NCBI GenBank assembly: GCA_038153405.1
Contig: JAYOYH010000039.1
Location: 1 to 44,667 of the forward strand
Length of the DNA: 44,667 nt
From: Gemmatimonadota bacterium
Lineage (GTDB): Bacteria > Latescibacterota > UBA2968 > UBA8231
Reading direction: 5' to 3'
Both the position numbers and the translations under genes were made by a program. This document shows, piece after piece, positions 8,258 through 17,507 of the stretch. Positions within the stretch are counted from its first letter, which is position 1. The number at the start of each line of letters is the position of its first letter. The notes beneath the pieces were generated by a model that made no database searches, was not told the origin of the DNA, and saw only the letters and a list, made by a program, of their open reading frames with translations.

Positions 8258-10708
8258 CTACCGACCGCTCCTGGGGTGAAAGATAGGAAAGATTCGGGTG
8301 TTTCCGTCGTCGTCGCGCACGCAGTTCGCCAGCAGCTCTTCGCGACTAGCGGCGAAGAGCTGGCTCGTGCGGCCGACGGTATACAGGTACTTTTCACCGG
8401 TTTGAAGGGGTTCGCCTCCTTCCGCATCCTCAGTTTGATGGCTGGCTTGCATGCGCACCTGCGCGTACTCGCGCAGCTCGAGCAAATCCAAGTGCTGGCC
8501 CTCTTCATACCCTTCGACATAGAGCGGCTTGCCGTCTGTGCCCACGCGCACGTAATAGGAGTTGAGTGCGCTGTGGCCGCTGAGGGCACCGACGCTGACA
8601 GCGGATATGGACAGGCGCGGACGCGCCGCATGGCGCCGCTTTTCCGGCTGTATGGTGAAGCAGGAAAAGAGCGCAGCGCGCAGTGGGGTCTGCATCTGCT
8701 TGACGACCTGGCGCGGCTGATGGCGTTCGCTTAGCACAGACCAGACGCGCTGGCATATATAGCTGCAGGCGCGTTGGAATACGGGCCCATACTGACCGGA
8801 TGCCAGCAGGTCTTCGGGCAAGTGGCCCACCTCGGAGTCGGTGCTTTCTATATCGGCAAATTCGAGCGGGGTGTCGGCGATGGCCGCTTCTAAGGTTTGC
8901 GGTGACGCGAGAAATGCGCCGCTGCGCAGCTCCTCTGCATAGAGGCATGCGCCGTCCACGACCCTCTTGATAAAGGCCGCATTGCCAAATTCTTCGAGCA
9001 GGGCGCGGGTATCGCTTTCGGCTTGGGCGAGCGGCGCTTCCAGCGCGTGCGCGTTGGCCAGATGCGTTACTCCGGCAACGCTCTTGAGCCGCTGCAGTTC
9101 GACCATGTGCTCTGTGTATTGATCGGGGTGCTGTTGAGCCAATAGGTGGTTTAAGCGCAGCGTCTCCAGCCGCCACAGGCAGGCGCAGGCGTGGTCAAAC
9201 ACAATCTCCAGCGGTCCGAACTGGCGCTCCGTCGGCTGCAGGGTCTTATGGCCGGCTGTGGTTAGGTTTATAATGCTGGTAATAACGGCGTTAAAGCTGC
9301 GGTTTCTGGGTGGTTGAGCGGGAATGTGCAGGCTACTCATGAGGCCTATAAACTGCGCCGCGCCGCGAATAAGGCGAAAGCTCTGGTTGGCGGGTTTAGC
9401 GGCCATAGCCAATTCGACCGCGAAACCCTGGCGGTCTTCAATCTGGTGCGAAGGATCGACAAATAGGCGCCAGACGCGCTCGTCGCCGTGCTCTAATGCT
9501 TTTAAAAGCTGGCCGAGTTGGTGTGCTTTTTCATTGAAGTCGGCAACGGAAGTAGCGCCAATGGCATGTGCGATGTCGGCTGGGTCGAGTTGGAATACGC
9601 ACTCTGCCTCCTCGGCTTTGCCATCCTGCGGCTCGTCGCTCTCTTCCACCGCTTCGCTGCCTACGTCTGCTAGGTCGTCGGCCAAAGGGTTGTGGTCGCG
9701 CACGATTCGAGTTGGATCGTCTGCATCGAGCGGATCATCGGGGTCAGGGGGGTCGCTGTCTTGCCGCATTGTGCGCCGCGCGCTCGCTCGGCTATAGGCC
9801 GCTCCTCCGGTGCTGCGCGCGGAGGGGTTGTGAACGTGTAGCACGCGTTGGCTATCGATGGCGCGCTCGCGCTCGGCGGCAATTTCCTCTGCTTCTTCAA
9901 AGGAGGGAATCAACGCATTGGTCGGATCAAAGTGTTTGATAACGGCCGCGCGCTCATCGAGGAGCTTTAGCGCGATGGCTGCCCCTTCTCGCTGAATGTT
10001 GGCGGCGCGTGCGGTGTATATAGCATCGAGTGCTATGCGAAAGTAGACCATAAAGCGGATCATCGGTTCTGCTCTGTCCGGGTCGTCGCCGCGCTCTTGG
10101 CCGCCGACGTCCGATACCCCCGGCGTGGGGAGGCAGTCCCAGCACGCGCGCACGGCTCTGGCAAAGGTCCTACTCTTTGCGTGCTGCGCGCCGAGTTGGA
10201 CGATTTTATCCACCGATGAATCGCCGCGCACGACAACGATGAGCACGTCGCTCAGCGCGATATTGTCTTTGTCGAGGACTTTTACGAAGAGTATCAGTTT
10301 GCATACGTCGGCGACAAACTGGTCAATTTGCGCACCCGGATAGGCGTCGTCAGCGCTGCTGTAAACGCGCATGCGGTAGAGGGCGAATAGATAGCCAATC
10401 GCCTTGCCCCGGCTCAGCTGGGCGTCGTTGAGCATGTTCAAAAAGCGCAGCATGGCAATGAGCGCAGCGATTTCTCCTTTGAAGTCCAGTATGTCGATGT
10501 GCCGTCGTTCGGAGCGCAGCTGAAGGATGAAGGACAGCGGCGGTAGCTGGCGTGTGGCGATGAAAATGGGATCGCCTATTTCATCCCATACCTCGACGAC
10601 CTCTTCGGTTTCTAGTCCAAAGACGTGTGCCCATCGACGCCACTGCGTGGCGGAAATGTGGCTTTGCGACTGCAGACGGATATAATATCTGACATGCTGT
10701 GAAGACAT
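8258..10708 (-). CDS. Hypothetical protein, 816 aa, with a central acidic low-complexity linker
   Basis: Long uninterrupted ORF filling the space between genes; GGAG RBS just after the sulfatase stop. No motif recognised. Confidence 0.75.
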   Translation of the reverse strand: MSSQHVRYYIRLQSQSHISATQWRRWAHVFGLETEEVVEVWDEIGDPIFIATRQLPPLSFILQLRSERRHIDILDFKGEIAALIAMLRFLNMLNDAQLSRGKAIGYLFALYRMRVYSSADDAYPGAQIDQFVADVCKLILFVKVLDKDNIALSDVLIVVVRGDSSVDKIVQLGAQHAKSRTFARAVRACWDCLPTPGVSDVGGQERGDDPDRAEPMIRFMVYFRIALDAIYTARAANIQREGAAIALKLLDERAAVIKHFDPTNALIPSFEEAEEIAAERERAIDSQRVLHVHNPSARSTGGAAYSRASARRTMRQDSDPPDPDDPLDADDPTRIVRDHNPLADDLADVGSEAVEESDEPQDGKAEEAECVFQLDPADIAHAIGATSVADFNEKAHQLGQLLKALEHGDERVWRLFVDPSHQIEDRQGFAVELAMAAKPANQSFRLIRGAAQFIGLMSSLHIPAQPPRNRSFNAVITSIINLTTAGHKTLQPTERQFGPLEIVFDHACACLWRLETLRLNHLLAQQHPDQYTEHMVELQRLKSVAGVTHLANAHALEAPLAQAESDTRALLEEFGNAAFIKRVVDGACLYAEELRSGAFLASPQTLEAAIADTPLEFADIESTDSEVGHLPEDLLASGQYGPVFQRACSYICQRVWSVLSERHQPRQVVKQMQTPLRAALFSCFTIQPEKRRHAARPRLSISAVSVGALSGHSALNSYYVRVGTDGKPLYVEGYEEGQHLDLLELREYAQVRMQASHQTEDAEGGEPLQTGEKYLYTVGRTSQLFAASREELLANCVRDDDGNTRIFPIFHPRSGR

Positions 10709-10720
10709 CAGCGCTCTCCG

Positions 10721-12181
10721 CTATAGCCCCATGCGCTGGCGCTGGCAGGGCGGCGCATCGTAACGCTCTAGCAGGTCAGCCATCTTTGCCGCTAGGCGCG
10801 CCTCGAGCGCGCCGTCGTCAATGGGGTGCCGCTGCAGCGGATCGCTTGCCATATCGTAGATGGGATTGAAGTCCGGCGCGCTGTGGTGGTGCGTGCTTTT
10901 AACGGCAAAGCGGTAGTGCGGCACGCCGTGTGTGTTTGGCAGAAAGGTTCCCAACTCGGCGCCGGCCAGCTGTTCGCGCCCGTGAAAGCTGGAGAAGTTG
11001 ACGGGCATGGCGGTGTGATGGTGGACGACGGAGTTGGGCAGCGCCTGCCTGCAATAGGTATAGCGTCCGTCTGTCAGATTGATGTCCTTGCCGAAATAGC
11101 CGTAGAGCACGGCGTCGTGATGGTCTCCTTCGCCTTCTAGCAGGTGACACAGCGAGCGGCCGTGCACGTGCGGCGGGAGCTGGCCGCCGTGCAGCTCCAT
11201 AAACGTCGGCATTAGGTCAATGGTTGAGGTCAGCGCCTGCACGCGGCGCGTGCCGGTATTGGGAGCGCAGACGATCAGGGGAATGTGCACGAGCTCCCTG
11301 TAGTCGAACATATAATTTTTCGCCCAGTATCCGTGCTCGCCGAGCAGGTGGCCGTGGTCGGTGCTGAGCACGACGACAGTGTCTTTCCACAGGTCGAATG
11401 CGTCCATTGCGTCGAGCAACTTGCCGAGCCATGCATCGGCCATCGACAGGGTACCGGCGTAGCAGGCGCGAATATGGGCAATGGCCGCGGCGTCCTCGGC
11501 AGAAGGATCTACGGGTGCATAGTCGGGCCAGTCAAAGTGCAGCGCGTTATCGTCCCAGGTGTCGTCGTACAGCGCGCGATACTTCTGCGGGCAGGCAAAG
11601 GGTTCGTGTGGATCAAAGCACTCCAAGTGCAGGTGCCAGTTGTCGGCATTGTGGTTGTTTTCGAGGAACTCGATGGCGCGCATAAAGCACTGCGGCGTTG
11701 AGTAGTCCTCTTCGCACTCGGTATCCATAAAGTGTCGGTTGGCCCAGTAGGCGCGCCGGTTGCGCCCGCGGAAGGCGGGTGGCTCAGGCATATTGACCAG
11801 CGGGCGCCAGACATCGCCCTCCTGCCCGCGTTGAAACTCCCAGGAGTCAAATTGGTTGTGGTAGCACTCGCCGCCGGCGTGGTAGTAGTGGTAGTGATCG
11901 GTGATCATGTGCGAGTAGGTGCCACGCTGTTGGCGCAGTTCGGGCTGCAGACAGTCGTCCCACGGCTGGATCGGGCTCCAGGGCGTCTCGAGAAAGCTGA
12001 TGTGGCCGGTGTACAGATCCCGCCGCGCCGGCATGCAGGGCATGGAACAGCAAAAGTGGTTGTCGAAGGTCAGGCCGCGCGCGGCAAGGCGGTCTATATG
12101 GGGGGTCTGCACCTGGCTGCCACCGTAGAGGGGCAGGTAGTGACGGTTGAGCGAGTCGAGCATAATAAACAGCGTTTTCAT
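10721..12181 (-). CDS. Cys-type (formylglycine) sulfatase
   Basis: MLDSL, CMPARRDLYTG (CxPxR), FDPHEP, STDHG...GEHG..AK. GGGAG RBS before ATG 12181. Confidence 0.93.
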   Translation of the reverse strand: MKTLFIMLDSLNRHYLPLYGGSQVQTPHIDRLAARGLTFDNHFCCSMPCMPARRDLYTGHISFLETPWSPIQPWDDCLQPELRQQRGTYSHMITDHYHYYHAGGECYHNQFDSWEFQRGQEGDVWRPLVNMPEPPAFRGRNRRAYWANRHFMDTECEEDYSTPQCFMRAIEFLENNHNADNWHLHLECFDPHEPFACPQKYRALYDDTWDDNALHFDWPDYAPVDPSAEDAAAIAHIRACYAGTLSMADAWLGKLLDAMDAFDLWKDTVVVLSTDHGHLLGEHGYWAKNYMFDYRELVHIPLIVCAPNTGTRRVQALTSTIDLMPTFMELHGGQLPPHVHGRSLCHLLEGEGDHHDAVLYGYFGKDINLTDGRYTYCRQALPNSVVHHHTAMPVNFSSFHGREQLAGAELGTFLPNTHGVPHYRFAVKSTHHHSAPDFNPIYDMASDPLQRHPIDDGALEARLAAKMADLLERYDAPPCQRQRMGL

Positions 12182-12337
12182 AGGGCTCCCGTCGTCTCTG
12201 ATCGTAACGCCCGTTCGGTCAGGGTTCGATCGATAGGTCGCGCCACTTGTTCGCAATAGGCACAGGGGTGACCGCGAGAAATGGTGAATTGGGTGGTTGG
12301 CGCTGCGGCAGCGGCGACCTGGTCCGCAGAGATGGAG

Positions 12338-13168
12338 CTATTCTCCCTTTCGCTGCGGCTGGCGCGGCAACTGTTCGAGAGGCTGCACGATCTTGCGCCG
12401 TGTGGGCGTTAGGCGCAGCAGCAGCTCGGGCGACGGTTGGTAGCCGTGGCGGAAGTTGCCCCACGAAGGTCCGTAGCGATAGATGATGACGCGGCGCTCG
12501 CCCGAGTTGGTGCGCTTGGCCGAGCCGTGCGCTAGGCCGTCGACAAAGACGATGGCGTCGCCCTTTTCCATGTGAACTTCGACAGCGCCTTCAATGCCGT
12601 CGACGCTGGCGCCATCTGGTTTCATGCTGTGCTGGTCGAAGTGCGGGTGCTTGAAATTGGACTTGTGGCTGCCGGGAATAATCATCGTGCCGCCATCCCC
12701 GCTTGCAATATCGGTCAGCGCCATCAGCACGTTGACCTGGCCGCACATAAAGCGGCCGCCATGGTAGCGAAACTGGTTGCGGTGGATGGGGGGGTAGCCG
12801 CCTGAGTGCAGGCCAATGGCTTCGCCCGGCTGGCGAAAATGGGCGAAATTTTCGTCGATGAAGAGCGGTCCGTGGTGGTAGTCAAAGGAGCCCTCGCCGC
12901 CGACAAAGAGCTTGAGGTGATGGATCCATGAGGGATGGTCGATCAGTTGCTCAAACGGCGCGCCGCCCTCGTAGATTTGCTGCAAGTTGAGCCCGTCGTT
13001 GGTGCCGTAGGAATGTGCGTGCACGTAGCCGTACCACTCGCCCGGCTTCATGCGCGGTATCTCATCGAGGGCTGCATTGAGCTCTCCTACTTCATCTGGG
13101 CTGAGAGCGCCTTTGAGCAAGACGTAGCCACGCAGATCAAATAGGTAGATGTCGAGGTCGCTGACCAT
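12338..13168 (-). CDS. Phytanoyl-CoA dioxygenase (PhyH)-family Fe(II)/2OG enzyme with HxG motif
   Basis: YLFDLRGY, LIDHP, LHSGG, LTD..GDGGTMIIPGSHKS, GDAIVF..LAHGS, ERR. Confidence 0.88.
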   Translation of the reverse strand: MVSDLDIYLFDLRGYVLLKGALSPDEVGELNAALDEIPRMKPGEWYGYVHAHSYGTNDGLNLQQIYEGGAPFEQLIDHPSWIHHLKLFVGGEGSFDYHHGPLFIDENFAHFRQPGEAIGLHSGGYPPIHRNQFRYHGGRFMCGQVNVLMALTDIASGDGGTMIIPGSHKSNFKHPHFDQHSMKPDGASVDGIEGAVEVHMEKGDAIVFVDGLAHGSAKRTNSGERRVIIYRYGPSWGNFRHGYQPSPELLLRLTPTRRKIVQPLEQLPRQPQRKGE

Positions 13169-13186
13169 GGGGGAATTCTCCGCGTA

Positions 13187-14134
13187 TTATAGCGCACCGT
13201 AGGCGCGCAGGGCCGTGTCGTGAAATAGGTCTATCTGCTCGTCGCGCGAGTACTCGGCGCTCCAGCTGAGAAACTGGCCGTACAGAGTAGGAATGTCGAT
13301 GTCTTTAAAGCGATCGACCGGATAGTTACTGGCAAACATGCAGCGCTCAACGCCGAATAGATCGATGGTTTCGCGCACCCGGTCGTGCACGAAAGCTGTT
13401 TTGGTCGAGTCGCGGTGGTAGTCGTGACAGCCAAACCACAGCATAGAGAGCTTCATGTAGGTATTGGGCAGTTCGGCCAGCGCGCGCAGGCTCCGGCGCC
13501 ACAGTGCTTGGTGCTCCGCATCGCTGCCGCTCAGTAAAAAGCCGAGGTGGTTTATGGCGACGCGCAGGTCGGGCACCGCGCCCAGCGCGGCGACGGCATC
13601 GGCCACCTGATGCGGGTGGCAAGACAGGTCAAAGGCCAGCTCACTGCGCTGGAGTAGGGCCAGGCCTCGGCCAAAGTTCGGCTGGGCGAAGAACGCGCCG
13701 TGTTCGACCTGCGGCCAGGTCAACTCGGGCCGGTCGGGGTGGTGGTTGAGGATCATGCGCACGCCGCGCAGCCGCCCCTCGGAGACTTCGCGATGCTGCG
13801 CTATCGTGCGTTCGACCTCTGGAGCATCGCGACCTAGGTGAACGTAGGCAACAATGCCAAAGGGCTGGCCCAGCGGCTGCAGCTGCTGGCACACCCAACG
13901 CGTTTCGTCTACGGTGTCGACTGCGGCCCCGCCGGGCATCTGGCCGACGACGGTCTCGACGTGCAGCCCGGATACGCGCTGCAGGGGAGCCGGCAAGAGG
14001 TCCATATCGCGCTGGTAGTCGCTTGCTAGGTAGGTGCTGTCATTTCCCAAGTTGGGGTTGGGGCGGTTGGGTACGTCCCACAGGTGAAAGTGCGGATCGC
14101 ACAGCGGCAGTACATTGGCGTTATCGGTGGCCAT
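13187..14134 (-). CDS. Amidohydrolase_2 family protein (L-fucono-lactonase-like)
   Basis: DPHFHLWD, GVRMIL, FDL, INHLG, KLS, FASNYPVD. Confidence 0.85.
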   Translation of the reverse strand: MATDNANVLPLCDPHFHLWDVPNRPNPNLGNDSTYLASDYQRDMDLLPAPLQRVSGLHVETVVGQMPGGAAVDTVDETRWVCQQLQPLGQPFGIVAYVHLGRDAPEVERTIAQHREVSEGRLRGVRMILNHHPDRPELTWPQVEHGAFFAQPNFGRGLALLQRSELAFDLSCHPHQVADAVAALGAVPDLRVAINHLGFLLSGSDAEHQALWRRSLRALAELPNTYMKLSMLWFGCHDYHRDSTKTAFVHDRVRETIDLFGVERCMFASNYPVDRFKDIDIPTLYGQFLSWSAEYSRDEQIDLFHDTALRAYGAL

Positions 14135-14146
14135 GAGCCCATTCTC

Positions 14147-14713
14147 CTATAGGCCGAGTTCGTCTTTGCGCTCGCGCAGCGCGGCGATGACATCGGCAGT
14201 TATTTCGTCAAAGCTCACGCCGAGCATCTCGGCACCGCGCTCGACGATCTCGCGCTGTACGCCGGCGGCGAAGCTCTTCTGCTTCCACTTTTTCTTGACG
14301 GATTTCACTTCCAGATCGGCGACGCTCTTAGACGGGCGCACCAGCGCACAGGCGGTTACAAAACCGCTCAGTTCGTCGACAGTGTAGAGCGTTTTTTCTA
14401 GCAGGCTTTGTGGCTCGACGTCTGTGCAAATACCCCAGCCGTGCGAGAGCACGGCGCGAATGTGGTCTTCGGGCCAGCCATTGGCGCGCAGAATTTCCTC
14501 CGTTTTCTGGCAGTGCTGTTCGGGAAATTGCTCGTAGTCGAGGTCGTGGATCAGCCCGATGGTGCCCCACTTCTCTTCGTTTTCTCCAGCCTTGCGCGCC
14601 ATATAGCGCATGGCGGCTTCCACTGCTTTGCCGTGGAGGATCAGCGATTGGCTTCCGTTGTACTGAAGCAGTAGGTCAAGCGCCTGTTGGCGGGTTGGCG
14701 CATTCTCGCCCAT
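14147..14713 (-). CDS. HD-domain (HDIG-type) hydrolase
   Basis: H..AV...GLIHDLDYE...H...SHG...VDELSGF...RPS...KKKWK.K.FAAGV.R. Confidence 0.87.
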   Translation of the reverse strand: MGENAPTRQQALDLLLQYNGSQSLILHGKAVEAAMRYMARKAGENEEKWGTIGLIHDLDYEQFPEQHCQKTEEILRANGWPEDHIRAVLSHGWGICTDVEPQSLLEKTLYTVDELSGFVTACALVRPSKSVADLEVKSVKKKWKQKSFAAGVQREIVERGAEMLGVSFDEITADVIAALRERKDELGL

Positions 14714-14805
14714 CGGTGAGTAGGTCCCTTCTGCGGCGTTTCCATCGCCGCACATGCAGTGGCAAAAACGTAGCGAAATGCTCTTATTCTACTATGAGTG
14801 TCTTA

Positions 14806-14834
14806 TAAATAGCTTGGCTTGTCTACTGCGTCAA
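14806..14834 (-). promoter_or_regulatory. Putative sigma70 promoter for the HD/amidohydrolase/PhyH operon
   Basis: TTGACG-N17-TATTTA on the minus strand. Confidence 0.35.
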
Positions 14835-14850
14835 TACGCGCTCGCCCATC

Positions 14851-15438
14851 GTGCAATACATCGAACACACTATTTCCATCTTGCGCCAGCTTGGAGCGCC
14901 GGGTCTGTTTGGACTGGCGTTTATCGATTCGGCGGGTATTCCCACGGGCGGTGGACCGGATTGGGTGATCGTTTTGCTGCTGAGCGAGCGCCAGACGCTG
15001 GCAGATTTTCTTCTGATCGTACCGCTAGCCCTGCTGGGATCGACGATAGGTTGCCTAGTGCCGTATTATCTGGGGCGCCACGGCGGCGAGGTTGTGCTCA
15101 GTCGATTCGCCGCACCGCGCCGCGCCGCAGTGCGCGCCAAGGTCGACCGCTACGGATTCTGGGACACGGTCTTTTCCGTACTGGCACCTCCTCCTTACCC
15201 AATGAAGGTCTTTATCGTCTCGGCCGGCGTATTCCGCATGCCCCTGAGTACGTTTGTCGTTGCCGTTCTACTCGGCCGCTGCGTGCGCTACTCAATCGTC
15301 GGCTACCTGGCCGTGCGCTATGGCGAGCAGGCCAGCGAGCTGATGCAAGACCACTTTGTCGTCATTGCCAGCGCAGTGGCGGCTATTATAGCTTGCGCGC
15401 TGCTGCTGCAGAACTGGCGGCGGCGCGCAGTGCGCTGA
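14851..15438 (+). CDS. DedA/VTT (YqaA-like) membrane protein
   Basis: FIDSAGIP..GPD, GSTIG..VPYYLGR.GG, PPPYPMK, LGRCVRY; several TM helices. Confidence 0.82.
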   Translation: MQYIEHTISILRQLGAPGLFGLAFIDSAGIPTGGGPDWVIVLLLSERQTLADFLLIVPLALLGSTIGCLVPYYLGRHGGEVVLSRFAAPRRAAVRAKVDRYGFWDTVFSVLAPPPYPMKVFIVSAGVFRMPLSTFVVAVLLGRCVRYSIVGYLAVRYGEQASELMQDHFVVIASAVAAIIACALLLQNWRRRAVR

Positions 15439-15439
15439 C

Positions 15440-15468
15440 TTGTCGATGAACGGGCGCCCTCGTATCTT
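15440..15468 (+). promoter_or_regulatory. Putative sigma70 promoter
   Basis: TTGTCG-N17-TATCTT upstream of the GAGGAG RBS of the PHP gene. Confidence 0.4.
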
Positions 15469-15492
15469 GGTGCGATAACCGAGGAGCGACAT

Positions 15493-16362
15493 ATGATAGA
15501 ACATCCCTACGCCGACTTGAGCGGCGGGCGCTGGCTGGTGGGTAACCTGCACGCGCATACTACGTCCAGCGATGGTCAGCGCGACCACCAGGCCGTTATC
15601 GATGACTACGCCGGCCGCGGCCACGGCTTTTTGATGATTTCCGATCACGACATTCTCACCGATGCCGATGACTACGCCGATTTTGATGCGCAGGGCATGA
15701 TCCTGGTTGCCGGCAACGAGATTACCGCAAACGGCCCGCACATGCTGCACGTGGGAGCCCGTGGACTGGTCGAACCACACGCCGATCGCCAGCGCGTCAT
15801 TGACGACGTCAAGAACAATGGCGGTTTTGTACTGTTCAACCACCCCAACTGGCAATCGCGCTTTAGCCACTGTCCGCAGGAGATGATGGAAACGTGCCAG
15901 GACTATGCCGGGCTAGAAATCTACAACGGCGTGATTAGCCGCCTTGACGGCAGTCCCTACGCGACCAACCGCTGGGACATGCTGCTGAGTGCCGGACGGC
16001 GCCTGTGGGGTTTTGCCAATGACGATAGCCATGCGGCCACCGGCGACGTCGGATTGGGATGGAATGCAGTCTATGTCGAAGATGAGACGCCGGAAGGCGT
16101 GGTCGATGCGCTGGCGCGTGGGCGATTCTACGCCTCGACGGGCGTCGAGATCACCAGCATAGAGGTCGACGGTCATCGCATCGTGCTGGAAACGGAAAAT
16201 GCCTCGCGCATCGTCGCGCTGCGCGACACCGGCAGGCGATTGGCCACAGTCGACGGGCGCACCATGGAATTTGAAGTGCCCGAAGGGGTGCGCTACGTGC
16301 GCTTTGAATGCTGGGGTGACGGCGAGGCCTTCGCCTGGACGCAGCCCTTCTTCGTCCACTAG
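15493..16362 (+). CDS. PHP-fold metallohydrolase (CehA/McbA-like)
   Basis: GNLHAHTTSSDG, ISDHD, GNEIT..HM, NHP, LEIYN, NDDSH, GRFYASTG. Confidence 0.87.
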   Translation: MIEHPYADLSGGRWLVGNLHAHTTSSDGQRDHQAVIDDYAGRGHGFLMISDHDILTDADDYADFDAQGMILVAGNEITANGPHMLHVGARGLVEPHADRQRVIDDVKNNGGFVLFNHPNWQSRFSHCPQEMMETCQDYAGLEIYNGVISRLDGSPYATNRWDMLLSAGRRLWGFANDDSHAATGDVGLGWNAVYVEDETPEGVVDALARGRFYASTGVEITSIEVDGHRIVLETENASRIVALRDTGRRLATVDGRTMEFEVPEGVRYVRFECWGDGEAFAWTQPFFVH

Positions 16363-16382
16363 TTACACAGCGGTCCCGCTGG

Positions 16383-16420
16383 CAAAGCCCTCCTGTTGAT
16401 GCACAGGAGGGCTTTGTATT
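16383..16420 (+). terminator. 14-bp perfect hairpin after the PHP gene, probable terminator or mRNA-stabilising stem
   Basis: CAAAGCCCTCCTGT-tgatgc-ACAGGAGGGCTTTG followed by TATT. Confidence 0.6.
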
Positions 16421-16433
16421 GAAAGGAGCGGAT

Positions 16434-17507
16434 ATGAAGCAGATCCTCCACGAAGATATGTTCTGCTGGTCGGTATTTAGCGAGCCGCGACAAATCGACT
16501 TTAACGGCCATTTGTGGGTGCGCAGAGAAGGCAATGTGCTCATCGATCCCGTAGCGATGAGCGAGAGCGACCTGCACCAGTTTGACCGCCTGGGCGGTGC
16601 TGCTCTGATCGTGCTGACCAACGCCGACCACGAGCGCGAGGCGGCGTTTTTCCGCGCGCGAACGGGGGCCGCTGTCGTCGTGCACAGCGACGATGCCGAC
16701 GCGCTATCCGTCGACGTCGACCGCATGGTTGATGACGGCGAGGAGATTGTTCCCGGCCTAGAGGCGATACACCTGTGCCACGGCAAGAGCCCGGGAGAAA
16801 TTGCGCTCTACTGGCCGAACCGTCGCTTGGTGCTGGCCGGCGATCTGGTGGTGGGCGCGCCGCTGGGACGGCTCAGCCTGCTGATGAACGACAAGTTGGC
16901 CGATCCACCGCAAGCGGCATTGGAACTTCGAAAAATCTTGACGCGGCCGTTTGATGCGATGCTGGTCGGCGATGGGCACTCGATTATGCACGGTGCGCGC
17001 GAAAAGCTGCTCGAGTGTTTGGAGCGGCGCGAAGATGTCTATATCAATAAAGTGAACGTCGACGAGCTGCCTTGGTTGGAGGCCATTGATCGCCCGGGGT
17101 ATCGCTGGGAGGCAAAGGATATCGATCCGCTCGTTGGTGCGCGGCGTTTGGGCTACCAATTCGTGCGCCTGCCGGCAGGCGAGAGCATCTGTCCGCTGCA
17201 CTTTCACCACGTTGGCGAAGAACTGTTTTACGCGCTGCAGGGCACGTGCACGCTGCGCACGCCACGCGGTGATTGGCCGGTGCGCTCCGGCGACGTCATC
17301 GCCTTCCCACCCGGACCTTCGGGTGCGCATAAGTTTATTAACGAGGGCGAGGGCGAGTGCGTGCTGCTGGCGCTGGGTGAACAGCTAGCACACGACGTAT
17401 GCGAATATCCAGATTCGCGAAAAATCAACGTTTTTGCCAAACGCTCAACCGGAGATGCCATCTATCGAACCGGCGACTGCGTTAGCTATTGGGAGGGTGA
17501 ACAATGA
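16434..17507 (+). CDS. Degenerate MBL-fold domain fused to a C-terminal cupin domain
   Basis: GNVLIDP, VLTNADH, GKSPGE, LAGD, VGDGH; cupin PLHFHHVGEELFY...GDVIAFPPG..AHKF..CEYPDS. AAAGGAG RBS before ATG 16434. Confidence 0.82.
   Translation: MKQILHEDMFCWSVFSEPRQIDFNGHLWVRREGNVLIDPVAMSESDLHQFDRLGGAALIVLTNADHEREAAFFRARTGAAVVVHSDDADALSVDVDRMVDDGEEIVPGLEAIHLCHGKSPGEIALYWPNRRLVLAGDLVVGAPLGRLSLLMNDKLADPPQAALELRKILTRPFDAMLVGDGHSIMHGAREKLLECLERREDVYINKVNVDELPWLEAIDRPGYRWEAKDIDPLVGARRLGYQFVRLPAGESICPLHFHHVGEELFYALQGTCTLRTPRGDWPVRSGDVIAFPPGPSGAHKFINEGEGECVLLALGEQLAHDVCEYPDSRKINVFAKRSTGDAIYRTGDCVSYWEGEQ

Noticed and set aside
12182..12340. The PhyH TAG stop is in frame with the sulfatase, with no intervening stop (possible readthrough fusion)
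   Set aside because: The sulfatase has its own RBS and ATG at 12181. An open 52-codon stretch is unremarkable in GC-rich DNA, and TAG is used as a normal stop throughout the window.
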